From Prorocentrum cordatum (Eukaryota): DNA of 64,000 nucleotides. Below the pieces are notes generated by a model. It ran no database searches, was not told where the DNA came from, and saw only the letters and a program-made list of their open reading frames with translations. Shown here one piece after another: positions 39,205 through 51,389 of the stretch. A program made the translations under genes and the position numbers. Within the stretch, counting starts at the first letter, position 1. Every line of letters begins with the position of its first letter. Location: NCBI GenBank assembly GCA_963575745.1, contig CAUYUJ010000172.1, forward strand, positions 1-64,000. The letters run 5' to 3'.

Positions 39205-39620
39205 TCGAGCAACGCCAAGCCATACCACGATGCCAAGAAATGCCAAGCAGCGCCAAGCAATGTCAACAAATGTGAAACAACGCCGACAAAGCCTAGCAAC
39301 GTAAAGCAATGCCAAGAAATGCCACGAAGTGCAAAGGTAAGCCAAGCTACACCAAGAAATGCAAAGCTATGTCAAGCTATACCAAACAATGCCAAACAGC
39401 GTGTCTGAGCAACGATTCCAGGCAAGTACTCCAAGCGATGCTTACAATGCCAAGCAATACCGACCAATGCTAAGCTGTGCCAAGCTACGCCAAGCAACGC
39501 CAAGCAACGCCAAACAATGATTGCAGTGCCCAGAAATGCCAAGCAATACCACGCAACGATTCTAGGCAATACCAAGCAAAGCCAAGCAATACAAAGCAAT
39601 GCCAAGCAATGGCTTGCAAT
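39205..39620. repeat. Degenerate 10-bp repeat (GCCAAGCAAT)n; reverse-complement copy at ~30745-30905
   Basis: Direct reading. Confidence 0.85.
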
Positions 39621-42045
39621 GCACTGCGTTCCATTTCTAAAACCTGGTTCAACTCGCCTTGGATGAAGAGGAAAAAACTAATCGGGGTCGAGGCGGTCTC
39701 ACGTGATGTCTGCAAGATCTGAAGCTGCCCCGGCGTTCGTGCGTCTTCCAGCCGCGCATACAAACAATGTGTGTCCTTGGCTGGCGGTCGACTAGATTAA
39801 ACGGGACCGATAAAAACAACAGTTTCGCAGCCGCGAATTAATGACAGACGGAATCGCGGGGAGGGGTAGAGGGGGTATAAAACATTGTTTGCGGCCTAGT
39901 ACAGCTTACAAGTGGGTTGCAAGTGCAAGAATAGGCTTAGCAGGGCTAGATGCATCTGACATAGGGGCGGAGCCCACTGAGCCTAGATTTTTACCCCCTA
40001 GACAGTGAAGGCACATGTAAGCCACTGTATGAGCCAGGCTTGGTCAGGTACAACCCACCTTAGCATCCACTACTCTATCCCCATAGCAACCCCTGCGGTG
40101 ATCCAAGCAGAGGTCCTCAGAGGCCCCTGGATGCCTTCGGAGGCTTGCGGAGGACATGGAAACAATAAACGAACGCAACGCATTCAAAAAACAATGGATC
40201 CAATGTGCGAATTTGCTCGATACGGGAGCCTCGTGAGTCCCGCCCCTTTCCCTGGGGCCAGATTTTCCATGTCTTTTTAAGCCTGGGGTTCTCGCAAAAT
40301 CACCCATGGGCCGAAAACAATACCAAATGCCGAAGTGCTTGATTTATGTACGACGGGCGGTTGGGTTTGGAGGCCACGACCAAATACGCCTGGCGGCAAA
40401 GGCACGAAACAGCAGAATCAAAGAGGCAAGAGAGAAAAAGAGAGAGAGAGAGAGAGAGCGCGGGCGCGCGCATTCTGCTGCAGTGCACACACGGGCAACC
40501 ACGCAAGGAAAGCTCACGGGAGAACATGCGGGAGACCACACGGGAGAGGAGACGAGAGATCCCTAAGGAAGAGCACACAGCAGAACACACGGGAGAACAC
40601 ACGGGAGACCGTGCGGGAGACGATGCGGGCGAGACACGGGAGGCCGCACAGTATTCGGCCTGATCTAAGGAACGATAAGTAAGGAACGAAGCCCCTGTCT
40701 CCCCAAGTAAGACTGGGAAGTCCGAAGGAACACCAGGGGGGCTCGCCGCCAATAAGGTAGCGGAGCGCATGCAAACCCAAAGGCACGACCGAGCCCCTTT
40801 TGAAAAGGGAGCGCTCCTTATTCAAGCGGGACCCTGTACTGGAGGCCCTACGGGGGACCATACGGAGGACCAGACGGGAAGACAATCCAGGGAGACCACC
40901 AGGTCACCGATTCTGGAGCCGGCGACGGCCCACCTGGCCGTTCTTGCGAGCCACAACTGTACAACAGAACGACGGACCCGAACGGTTTTGCACCATCCCT
41001 GGGCGCGTACCCGAAGTGTGTTTCCGCGGTGAGGATCGTTGTTGGCTCCCCCCAAGACCCATCCACCTGCTACCCAGCCGCGACCCACCCCGCGACCCAT
41101 CCCGCGACCCTCCACATTTACACAATATGAATACGACCCTCCTCTCTCTCCCCTGGTGGTGTCTGGGAAATACTCGCCCCCCTCCGCGCACTGGTTTTTT
41201 ACAAACAGATTGCCCGGAGTTGGATTTTCGTTTCGGTTTTCAAATGCTGCTCTCGCTGAAGCGCTGGCCTCATTGTCGGGCTACCTTTCATTTCGAATCG
41301 CGTTCCCCCTGACGCGCTGGCCTCATTTCCGCGTTTCCGCTCGTTCCGAATCGTGCTCCCCCTTCATCGCTGGCGTCATTATTCCAGCGCCATGCCACGG
41401 CATGGTTCTCGGTCATTCAAAATAGGCCCCAAAATGGAAAGAAATGCCCCCAAGAAAAAACCATCGGAATTGATTACAAGTGCGGCATCGATTCGTTGAA
41501 TATCTGGGCCGCAGAAGCCCCCGTTCCTCATTTCCGCGTTTCCGCGCTTGGTTGTTTTTCGAAATGCTGCTTTCGCTGATGCGCTGGCCTCATTTTCGGG
41601 CTACCGCTCGTTCCGAATCGTGTTCCGGCTGCAGCGCTGGCCTCATTTCCGCGCTTCCGCTCGTCCCGAATCGTGTTCCCACTGCAGCGCTGGCGTCTTC
41701 ATTTCCAGTGTCATGCCACGGTATGGTTTTCGGTCCTTCCAAATAGGCCCCACAATCTAGAAAATGGCCTCCCGAGAAAACCATCGGAAGTGATTCACAG
41801 TCGGTGTCGATTCGTTGATTTTTGGGGGGCCTCAGAAGCCCCCCACTTTGGGGCGTCGCCACGCCATACTATGCCATGCTACGCGTTGATCTTCAACACC
41901 ATGCTATGTCATGTGATGTTATGCCATGATGCTACATCCGATTGTGCGAATAGAGAAAAGATCTACGCCACCGTTAGGGACGGGAAGGAGGGGTAGAAAG
42001 CCAGATGTGACGCGAGCGCACCTCGCTTGCATCCTCCCCCCTCCC

Positions 42046-42146
42046 CCCCGCGACCCACCCCGCGATCCACCCCGCGACCAACCCCGCGACCCACCCCGCG
42101 ACCCACCCCGCGACCCACCCCGCGACCCACCCCGCGACCCATCCCG
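42046..42146. repeat. 12-bp tandem repeat (CCCGCGACCCAC)n
   Basis: Direct reading; a short copy also at ~41078-41110. Confidence 0.9.
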
Positions 42147-43296
42147 TTATTTCCCGCCATTGGACGCGCCCGAAGGGGTCCTGCCCCTGGGGCGCCTCCG
42201 CACGCCCGACGGCGCGACCGCCGTCGGAGCGACCCGTCCCGCCGCACCTCCCCTGGGGAGCCCCCCGCCGTGCCAGCGGTCCCCCCCCTCCCCCCGCGCC
42301 CCGCCCACCGCCACTCGCGGCGCCCCGCCCGCGGCGTCCCCCCGCGGCGCGCCGAAAAAAACATAATAATTACTCCGACGGAAGGACCCCACATGAGAAT
42401 CCTCTGGGCGAATCTGGAAAAAGCCCTCACCGTCGTCCTCGTGGTTGGTGAGGCGTCCTGGCTGTCTCTTCTGCGTATATTTTTTCTCGCCCTGGCGCGG
42501 GCCCTCCCCCCGCTCCCTACGTTGCCCCCGACCTCGCCCTCCTGTTTTTTTTCGCGCCCCTCCACCCAGTGGATACGTGCCGAACACGACCCAAAGGAAA
42601 CGCACAGGGTGCGTCCCAGTGGATACGTGCGGGGGCACGACCCAGAGGAAGCGCACAGGGGTGCGTCCCAGTGGATACGTGCCGGGAATTCTGGGAACAC
42701 GACGAACACAAAGTGGCCTACGGTTGGCCCCGGACATTCAGAATGTGGCCCGGGAGTGGTGTTCTGGGAACACGAAAAGCACGAAGTGGCCTACAGCTGG
42801 CTCCCGGCATTCAAAATGTGGCCCGGAATGGTGTTCTGGGAGCACGAAGAACACGAAGTGGCCTACAGTTGGCTCCGGGCATTCAAAAGGTGGCCTGGGA
42901 ATGGCGTTCTGGCAGCGCGAGAGCCCAAAGTGACGACAGTTACAAAAATTGGGCGACCTGCTCGGATTAATAACATGATCCGCGGGCCCCATAGGGTGGC
43001 CTGGGAATGGCGTTCTGGCAGCGCGAGAGCCCAAAAGTGGCGACAGTTACAGGAATTGGATGACCCGCTCGGATTAGTAACATGATCCGCGGGCCCCATA
43101 GGGAGGGGGCTCCCGCTTGAGACTTCCTCGGGTTAGTAACATGATCCGCGGGCCCCACAGGGAGGGGGCTCCCGCTTGAGACTTCCTCGCAATTCACTTA
43201 CAGACAAGGCCCAAGGCGAGTGAGTGAGTGAGTGAGTGAGTGACTGACTGACTGACTGGTGATGATGATGATCACCACACTCTCTCACGCGCACAC

Positions 43297-43366
<70 letters not shown>

Positions 43367-44503
43367 ATGTGAGTTCATGAGCGTGTGAGTGAGTGAGTGC
43401 TGATGAGTCAGTGAGTGTGAGTGAGTGAGTGAATGAGTGAGTGAGTGAGTGAGTGAGCTAGTGAGTGAGTGAGTAAGCGCACGAAGACAGAAGAGGAGAG
43501 GGGGTGAGGTGAGGAGGTTCCTGCACGGGGTGTCCAGAGAAAACGAGAACCCCACTTTGGCTGTGGGGAATAATGAAAATAATAATAATAATAATAATAA
43601 TAAACGATCCTGGAAGCGCCGCCTCCCCGTCCCGTCCCGCCCCCTGCCCCCGCCCTCCCCCCTCCCCCCCGCCCCAGTGCGAGGCTGGATGCACAACAGT
43701 GTATACAGCCCTCACAAACAAGCTACTCAGGGAAGAACCAAAAGCACAACGATCGATCGATCTGTGTATATCGGAGGTTGGGGGGTGAGTCCGACGTGAA
43801 ACGGAGACCCCCCCTACCGGGAAATCGATTTCGGTTTCGGGTTCGTGTCGTGCGTGCCGTGCGTGAGTGCGGGCGAGGCGAAGCTGCGTGGGCGGGCGAG
43901 AGGAAATCCTCCTGTGGCTGGGCCGCGGCCGGACCAAATGTAAGTCCTCCGGCGGCTGGTGCCCCGCGGTGTCCCACCAGTGTCCCGCGGGTGTCCCGAA
44001 ATCCTCCTGTGGCTGGGCCGCGGCCGGATCAAATGTAACTCCTACGGCGGCCAGTGCCCCGCGGTGTCCCGCCGGTGTCCCGTGGTGTCCCGTGGTGTCC
44101 CGTGGTGTCCCGTGGTGTCCTGTTGAGTGAGATCGATCGTGAGATCGATAACCCTGGGAAGCAAACAGTAACCCCCCCGGCGATATCGTTAGCACAGAAA
44201 ATAAAATAAATAATTATTTGGGGCGGCGCCCTCTGGCGATATCGTTAGCACATAAAAAAATATAATGAAAGAATGAATTAATTTGCCCCCCCCGGGCCCG
44301 AAGCTGGCGGCAACGTGAGGCGACAGCCTGAAGAACCAATGCGCACGAACGCTTGCCAATGGGTGCCCGCCTTGCTAGAACACTGGGAAACTGACGCGCA
44401 TCGGAAATCTAAGGTAAATAAAAAATGACAAACAATGAGATCGAGGTCATAGAAAACCGTACGGAACCATAGGACGTCGCAGGAATCCGTGAGGACCCCA
44501 ATC

Positions 44504-45300
44504 GAAGGAATGTCACAGGAACTTGAAAGGACCCCCCAAAGGAATCCCAGAGGAATCTCAGAAGGAAGCCCACGCAGAATCTCAAAGGAACCCGATTGGA
44601 AATTCAAAATAATCTCAAAGGAACCCCACAGAAATCGCTAAGGGATCTCAGCGGCAGCTAAAAAGAACCACGAAGGAATCTAAGGAATCTGGAAAACGCG
44701 GGCTCGCGTGGACATAGGCAAACCCCATTGCGACCGCAATAGGGAATTTGTTTTTTCAGGGGGTACTATGGGAGAGTCCACGGAGGGATATCGCAGACGG
44801 ATTCCGCGAACCCCCCCGCGATATGTTAGCACATTTATTGAAAATCAGATAATCCACAGGCACCGGAGGTCGATGTGATGCTCCCTTCAGGGATTGTCGA
44901 AGGAATGTCACAGGAGCTTGAAAGGACCCCCAAAGGAACCCCATAAGAATATCACAAGGAATCCCACGCATAATATCAAAGGAACCAATGGAAGTTCAAA
45001 GCAATCTCAAAGGAGCCCAACAGAAATCCCAAAGGCATCTCAGCGGCAACTCAAACGAACCACGAAGGAGTCTAAGGAATTAGGAAAACGCGGGCTCGCG
45101 TGGACATAAGCAGTCCCTCTTGCGACCGAACTAGGGAAATTGATTCTTTCAGGGGATCCTATGGGAGAGTCCACGGAGAGATATCGCAAACGGATTCCGC
45201 GAACCCCCCCGCGATATGTTAGCACATTTATTGAAAATGAAATAATCCACCGGCCCCGGATGTCGATGTGATGCTCCCTTAAGCAATGGGGCATCAAAGG
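44504..45300. repeat. Tandem duplication of a ~395-bp unit (two copies plus a decayed partial third)
   Basis: AAGGAATGTCACAGGA at ~44505 and ~44900; GGAAAACGCGGGCTCGCGTGGACATA at ~44691 and ~45083. Confidence 0.85.
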
Positions 45301-45697
45301 GATATGACCGGAACCTCAAGGGACCCCCAGACTAATATCAAAGGAACACCAGAGGAGTCTCAAAGGAGTCCCAAAAGAATCACAATGGAAACGGCAAGGA
45401 ATCTCAAAAGAAGCCAATCAGAGTATCAAAGGAATCTCTGAGGAATCTCACAGAAACGCACCGAATCACAGGAAGCGACAACAATTGCGGCTTGAAAGCA
45501 GGGCCCAAGGGGACCGGGCATTCAGAGGCTTATGGAGGCCTTTCTGGATGCCTCCTGGGAACCTCCGGGGACCTCCCCTCCGCGGCTGGTGACCTGCGGG
45601 GGATATCGCTTCCGCCCCGGCCCCGGTGCCAGAAGCGTTATAATTTCCTCTGATGAGGGGGGGGGGGGAGGGGGGTTTACTGATTGCTTCCCAGGGT

Positions 45698-46292
45698 TAG
45701 TGAGATCGATACTGAGATCGATGTGGTGCCCCGAAGTGTCCCGTGGTATCCCGTGTCCCGTTGAGTGAGATCGATAGTGAGATCGATAGTGAAATCGACA
45801 AGTGTCCCGTGGTGTCCCGTGGTGTTCCGTTGAGTGAGATCGATAGTGTGATCGATACTGAGATCGATGTGGTGCCCCGAGGTGACCCGTGGTGTCCAAT
45901 GGTGTCCCGCTGAGTGAGATCGATAGTGAGATCGATAGTGAGATCGCCAAGTGTCCCGTGGTGTCCCGTGGTGTCCTTCCGTTGAGTGAGATCGATAGTG
46001 AGATAGATCGTGAGATCGATAGTGAGACCGATGTGGTGTCCCGTGGTGTCCCGTGGTGTCCCGTGGTGTCCCGCTGAGTGAGATCGATAGTGAGATCGAT
46101 AGTGAGACCGATAACGAGATCGAGAGGTGTCCCGAGGTGTCCCGTGGTGTCCCGTGTTGGCCCTTGGTGTCCCGTGGTGTCCCGTTGAGTGAGATCGATA
46201 GTAAGATCGATAGTGTGATCGACAAGTGTCCCGTGGTGTCCCGTGGTGTCCCGTGGTGTCCCGTTGAGTGAGATCGATAGTGAGATCGATTG
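45698..46292. repeat. Compound satellite alternating (GGTGTCCCGT)n and (AGTGAGATCGAT)n; related block at ~44060-44150
   Basis: Direct reading. Confidence 0.92.
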
Positions 46293-49200
46293 AGTCAGAT
46301 GTTGGTTCCCCACCCCCTCCCCCCCCCACAACCTCCTTTCACCCGAAGGGTGGTCGTATAGGTATATGTATATGTAGAATACCCTCACAGACAAGCTGCT
46401 CAGGGAATCACAAACAAAAACCTACAGCAAAGAACCTCGACACTGGAAGCGCCCTTTCACCCCCTCCCACCCCCTCCCTCTGGCTTGAGGCTGTATACAC
46501 AACCATTCATACAACCCTCACAGACAAGCAGCTCAGGGAAGCACCAAAAAGCATCCAACAAAGAACCTCAATCCTGGAAACGCCCGATCCCCCCCCGCGG
46601 CGCCCCCCGCTGTTTCGAGGACGTACTACCCCGGGTCAGCACAAACCCAGGTCGGCCAGGGACCTGTCGCGAACCCTAGCCGGCCGCTCAGCAGCTCCCA
46701 AACCCAAGTCAGCGGAAGGTGGAGAGAGGGAATCGGCCCCACGTGGCCGCCTAACCCGGGCCAGCCAAAAGGGGGAGTGGCTGGGCGGCGCGTCAAAGAG
46801 GGTAGGGGGAGGGGGGAAGGCTTCTGAGAGGGAAGGAGGCGGCTCATTGGAGGGCGCGGGCCCTAGACCTACAGACAAGGCCGGCGCCTTCTGAGAGGCA
46901 GGGGTGCCTCTAAGAAGCCTCTCCTAGGGGAACGGACAATAGCATAAACATAAAAAACTGGGAGGCCCGCGCGGATTTATCCTACCGGCGCTGGACCGCC
47001 CTGGCGGCGCCTCTGGCGCCGCCCCTGGCGCGCTCCGCGCGCCAGGGAGGGGGGTCCAGCACCGGTCCGAGAAATCCGCGCGGACCTCGGAGTCTCTTTC
47101 TGTTCGTGCCATGTTTCGCCCCCCCTATCTGAGAAGCCGTCCCCCCCCGCGCACCAACGCCCCCTCTGCGCGCGGCCGAGCTGGCGCTGAACCCCCCCGT
47201 CATACTCGAGGCCTCCTAGATGGGGTCGGAGTAGACAGGATCGGAGGATCGCGCCGCATCCCCGATGCATCGGGGATGCATCGGCGATGCATCGGCGATG
47301 CACTGGCGATGCTCTGGCGACGTCGGCGATGCATCGGCGACGTCGACTTGAAGCAAATCGGGCCCCACATCGAGCCGCATCGCCGATGCATCGGCCATGC
47401 AGCGCGATCCTTCGACCCCCCCTTTACTCGGACCCCATCCCGGGAGGCCTATAGACACACGGCGCCCCCCGCCGAGCACGCGGCGCCGCCGGCCGGGGCC
47501 TGCGCAGCGGCCCCGCCTTCGCGGGGCCCTCGGGCGCGGGCGGGGCGGCGCCCGCCGCCTCGGCCGCCGTCGCACGCGCGACCGTCGCGTGCCCCGCGTG
47601 TTCTGGGGCGCACAAAGACATACGGGTACTAATTGCACGTTCTGCTCGGAGGTGCGCGTCCGACCCGAGCATCTGGTACATCCGTCTTGTGGTATCTCGT
47701 TTCACGAGCGGTGTGGCAAGCAAGCGCCCGCCACGACGCAGATACTACGAGATTTCTCGGTGCGCGCGTCGCCCCTGGGGGGGGCGACGCACACATAGTG
47801 TTAGTATGTTGGGGCGACGCCGATGTTCCCCCTCTCCGCGGCTTGACGTTGGGCAGGCGGATGCCAACTGGGATCGTCGTCGGGATCATCGACTTAGGCC
47901 GGCGTGCTTGTTCTCGGAACGCTCTCTTGCTCCAAGAAAATCTCGTGGTCGGAGTGCTGGGCACTGAGATCGTAGCGTCGAGATGATGCACAAAGGAGGC
48001 CGAGTAAAAGAGGTAGCGACTTGGCGACCTGCGCGCTGCGGCTGGCACAGTAGCCTGCGTGAGCGCAGCTGGACAACAGAAGGCAACGGAGAGGGAGGAG
48101 AGGAAAGGAGAGGGGAGAGGGAGGGAGGGGGACAGGGGGGCGAGAAGGGAGGAGGGAGGGGGGGAGGGAGGCAGGAAGGAGGGGCTCTCTAGGGACTCTG
48201 CAAGGCGGCGGAAGGAGATAGGGGAAGAGCGTGGAGGGCGGATGGACGGGGCGGGACGCAGGGAGGAGGGGAGTGGAGTAGGAGACGAGGAGGGGGAGGG
48301 AGCGGCGAGGAGGGAGAAGCAAGAAGGGAGGAGGATGTTTGGGATTTCGCATCACAAGTTCGCCCAACTGCAAGCAGGATGAAAGTGGCATTACTTATGA
48401 TGTCGCTGCTAGGAAGCTCTTTGCCACCTCAGTGGCGTATGAGGGTCTCTTGAGGGAACTGGCTTCCAATAGACTTCGTTACCCCGCACTCACGTTTGCT
48501 AACTCCCAGGACAGCTTCCACATTGACCAGAAGGGAAGAGAAAGAGGAGAACAAAGAAGGAGGAGGACGACGAAGACGGCGGCAACACCAACGACGACAG
48601 CGGCGATGACAACGACGAACGACGACGATACGGTAGGTTCGTGCGGCGTCGGCGTGCGCAAAGGTGTTTGACACCGCATCGATCTTTCAACCTTGAACCG
48701 ATCGCGGCCCCGATCGGTCAAGGTTGAATTCCGTCGGGTCCTGTGGCGGTACCGTGCCCCTTGGTGCTTCCGTGTCGTTCTATCATGCGGAGTTCAACCT
48801 TGCACGCCGTCGCCAGCGTCGCTGGCGCGCCATCACCGCATGAACCTACCGTAGACGACGACGACGACGACGACGACGACCGACGACCGACGACCGACGA
48901 CGACGACGACGACGACGAGGACGACGAGGACGACGAGGACGACCGACCGACCGACGAACCGACGAGCCGAGCACATCAACACACATGCCGACAAACTGAC
49001 GAGCCGAGCAGACCTTTCTACAGGCCGTTCCCCTCACGACACCCCCTTGCGCGCGCGACCAAGCTGGGGGGGCAAACACAGATGGCCGCACCGCTGCTCC
49101 CCAGACCTCTCCCACTGGGGCACCTATCTTCGCGCGTCGCGCTCCGCACTTCGCGAGGCGCGATAATCTTGGCGTTTTCGCGACGCCCCCCCCCTGGAAC

Positions 49201-49300
49201 GGGATGAGGGACTCGCGCCTCGCTCTGAAACCGCCCAGACCGCGAAGCGCGACTGACTTCACACCCTCGTGACGGCGCTAGAAACACGGATATAGGCTTA

Positions 49301-51389
49301 GGTCGGGCGTGTCCTCCGAAAGGCGGAGCTTGGACGATTAACTCAAAATAGTCAAACAAAAATTCAAAAATAGCCAACAACTATTCCAAGAATCGTCCCC
49401 TGACTATTTTTTACTATTTTAGAATATTCCTCCTGTAGAGGAACACGCCCGGCTTAAATATAGGCACCGTTGCTCCCCGCCCGGCCGTGATCTCGAGGCG
49501 AATCTGGCCGCGTCGAAGAGGGCCAGGCAGCGACACGGTCAGACCACCGCCATTGAAAGGTCGGGCATGTCCTCATACAGGGGGATTTGGGACAAAAAAT
49601 CTACAAAAGAGTCAAAAGTATGCAAACATGATCCAAAAAAAAGCAAGAAATTGTCCCCTGACTATTTTGTAACTATTTTTGAATTTCCTCCTGTAGAGGG
49701 ACAGCCCCGATTTCACACCTGATGGAACGCCAAATGAGGAACGATGCCCCTCTGGGGCCGCGGGAGCGCCTGGGTGCACGAGGAGCGCAAGAGGGAGCAG
49801 CGATGGAAGGACCCGAGGATTAGGTCGGGCGTGTCTCCCTACAGGCGGATTTCGGACGAGCAAGAAGAAATATAAATTTAAATATACATATATATATATA
49901 TATACAAAAAGAAGCGAAAAAGCGTCCCCTGACTATTTCTTGACTATTGTTGAATATTCCTCCTGTCGAGGGACAGTCCCGACTTCAGCTGAGGATCGGC
50001 GAGCCCCTTCCGAACCCGACCTGCTCCGTGCCTGAGGGCCCTGGCTGCACCTCGGGCCTCCGGCGGCCGATCGGGGGGCTGCGGGCACCCCGGAACACCC
50101 TCGACGAGGCGAGGCGCCCGTCTGTCACCCCGGGCGGGGCGGCCCTACGAGAGGCCGCCCGTGGCGCCAGAGCGCCGAGAGCGAGAGCGAGAGAGAGAGA
50201 GAGAGAATTGCACAAACTTTGTATGACTACGTCTCTCCTGGCGCCTACGGATTAGCGGACAGCGGATGGCCGGTCTCAGTTGACATGAGACCGGCTATCC
50301 ACTAAGTCGTAGGCGTTCGGAGGTGGGATCCGGAGGGCGTCGGAGCCGGACGGCATAGATCAACCGCTCAGAATCGGATATGTGCGGGACTCTCCGACGA
50401 GGCGCAGTTGCTGGAAGGCAGCCCCGAAGCAAGAACACCCCCCAAAAGGCAAAGAATACGCAAGATCAGGTCGGGCATGTCCTCTTACAGGTCCCCTGAC
50501 TATTTTTAACTATTCTTGAACATTCCTCCTGTAGAGGGGCGTGCCCGACTGTAACGCAAGAGAACGCTGGAGGTCAGCAGCGATCTGCTCCCTGCGTCGA
50601 GAGCCTGGGGGCGAGGTGGCGGCCAAGCTGAGCCCCCAGCTAGGCCCCCCGCGTTCCTCGACCCCCGAACCTCGATCATCGATCCTCGACCCTGGGGACG
50701 AGCCTCGAACCTCGGATCCCAATCCTCGACCCTGACGGGCGACGACAGGAGGGGGGGGGGGGACCAGTTCACCTGGAGTCGGCGATGCATCGCCGATCCA
50801 TCGGCGGGAGGCCCCCGATAGCAGATCCGCACGCCCCTGGGCGGGGCGGGCTGTCGGGGGCCCTATGGCGAAGAGTGGATCACTGGGGGTCGATGCGTTT
50901 GCCCCCGAACAGGCACAGCCTCCTGAGGTTGCCCCTGAGGCTCGATCCTCGATCCTCGGCCCTGGGGACGACTGGTCGTGCACGGACGAGCCCGGCTCTG
51001 CGCAAACTCGGCTCAGCCGATTCAGAAAACCTGCGCTGCAGTTTCGGGGGGGGCCTCGAGCCCCGATACTCGAGCCTCGAGCATCAGACCTCGATCCTGG
51101 ATCCTCGGTCCTCGAGCCTCCGCCCTCGAGCCTCGAGCATCAGACCTCGATCCTGGATCCTCGGTCCTCGAACCTCCACCCTCGACCATCAGACCTCGAT
51201 CCTCGACCCTCGACCCTCGACCCTCGACTTAGGTCGGAGTTTCCTCCTACAGGCGGATCTTGAAGCAAAAATCAAGCATGGTTACACGTGTTTAAAATCA
51301 GTCCCAAAAAAATCATCGAAACATCGTCCCCTGACTAGTTGTTTTACCCACTTCTGCATACTCCTCCTGTAGGAGGGACGTGCCCGACT
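49301..51389. mobile_element. Cluster of five copies of MITE family A (TIR RGTCGGGCRTGTCCCYCTACAGG)
   Basis: Copies at 49301-49454, 49559-49712, 49823-49984, 50469-50550, 51232-51389. Further copies at 2849-3055, 12799-12915, 19553-19671, 19864-20014, 22672-22820, 30271-30499, 54019-54201, 54217-54528. They have ~25-bp imperfect TIRs, an AT-rich interior usually containing CCCCTGACTATTTT, and flanks often TTA/TAA/TCA. Confidence 0.8.

Noticed and set aside
47634..47715. PHD/C1-like CTFC...HPSCGISFHERC
   Set aside because: Incomplete ligand set and no supporting frame; could be chance or a very old fragment.
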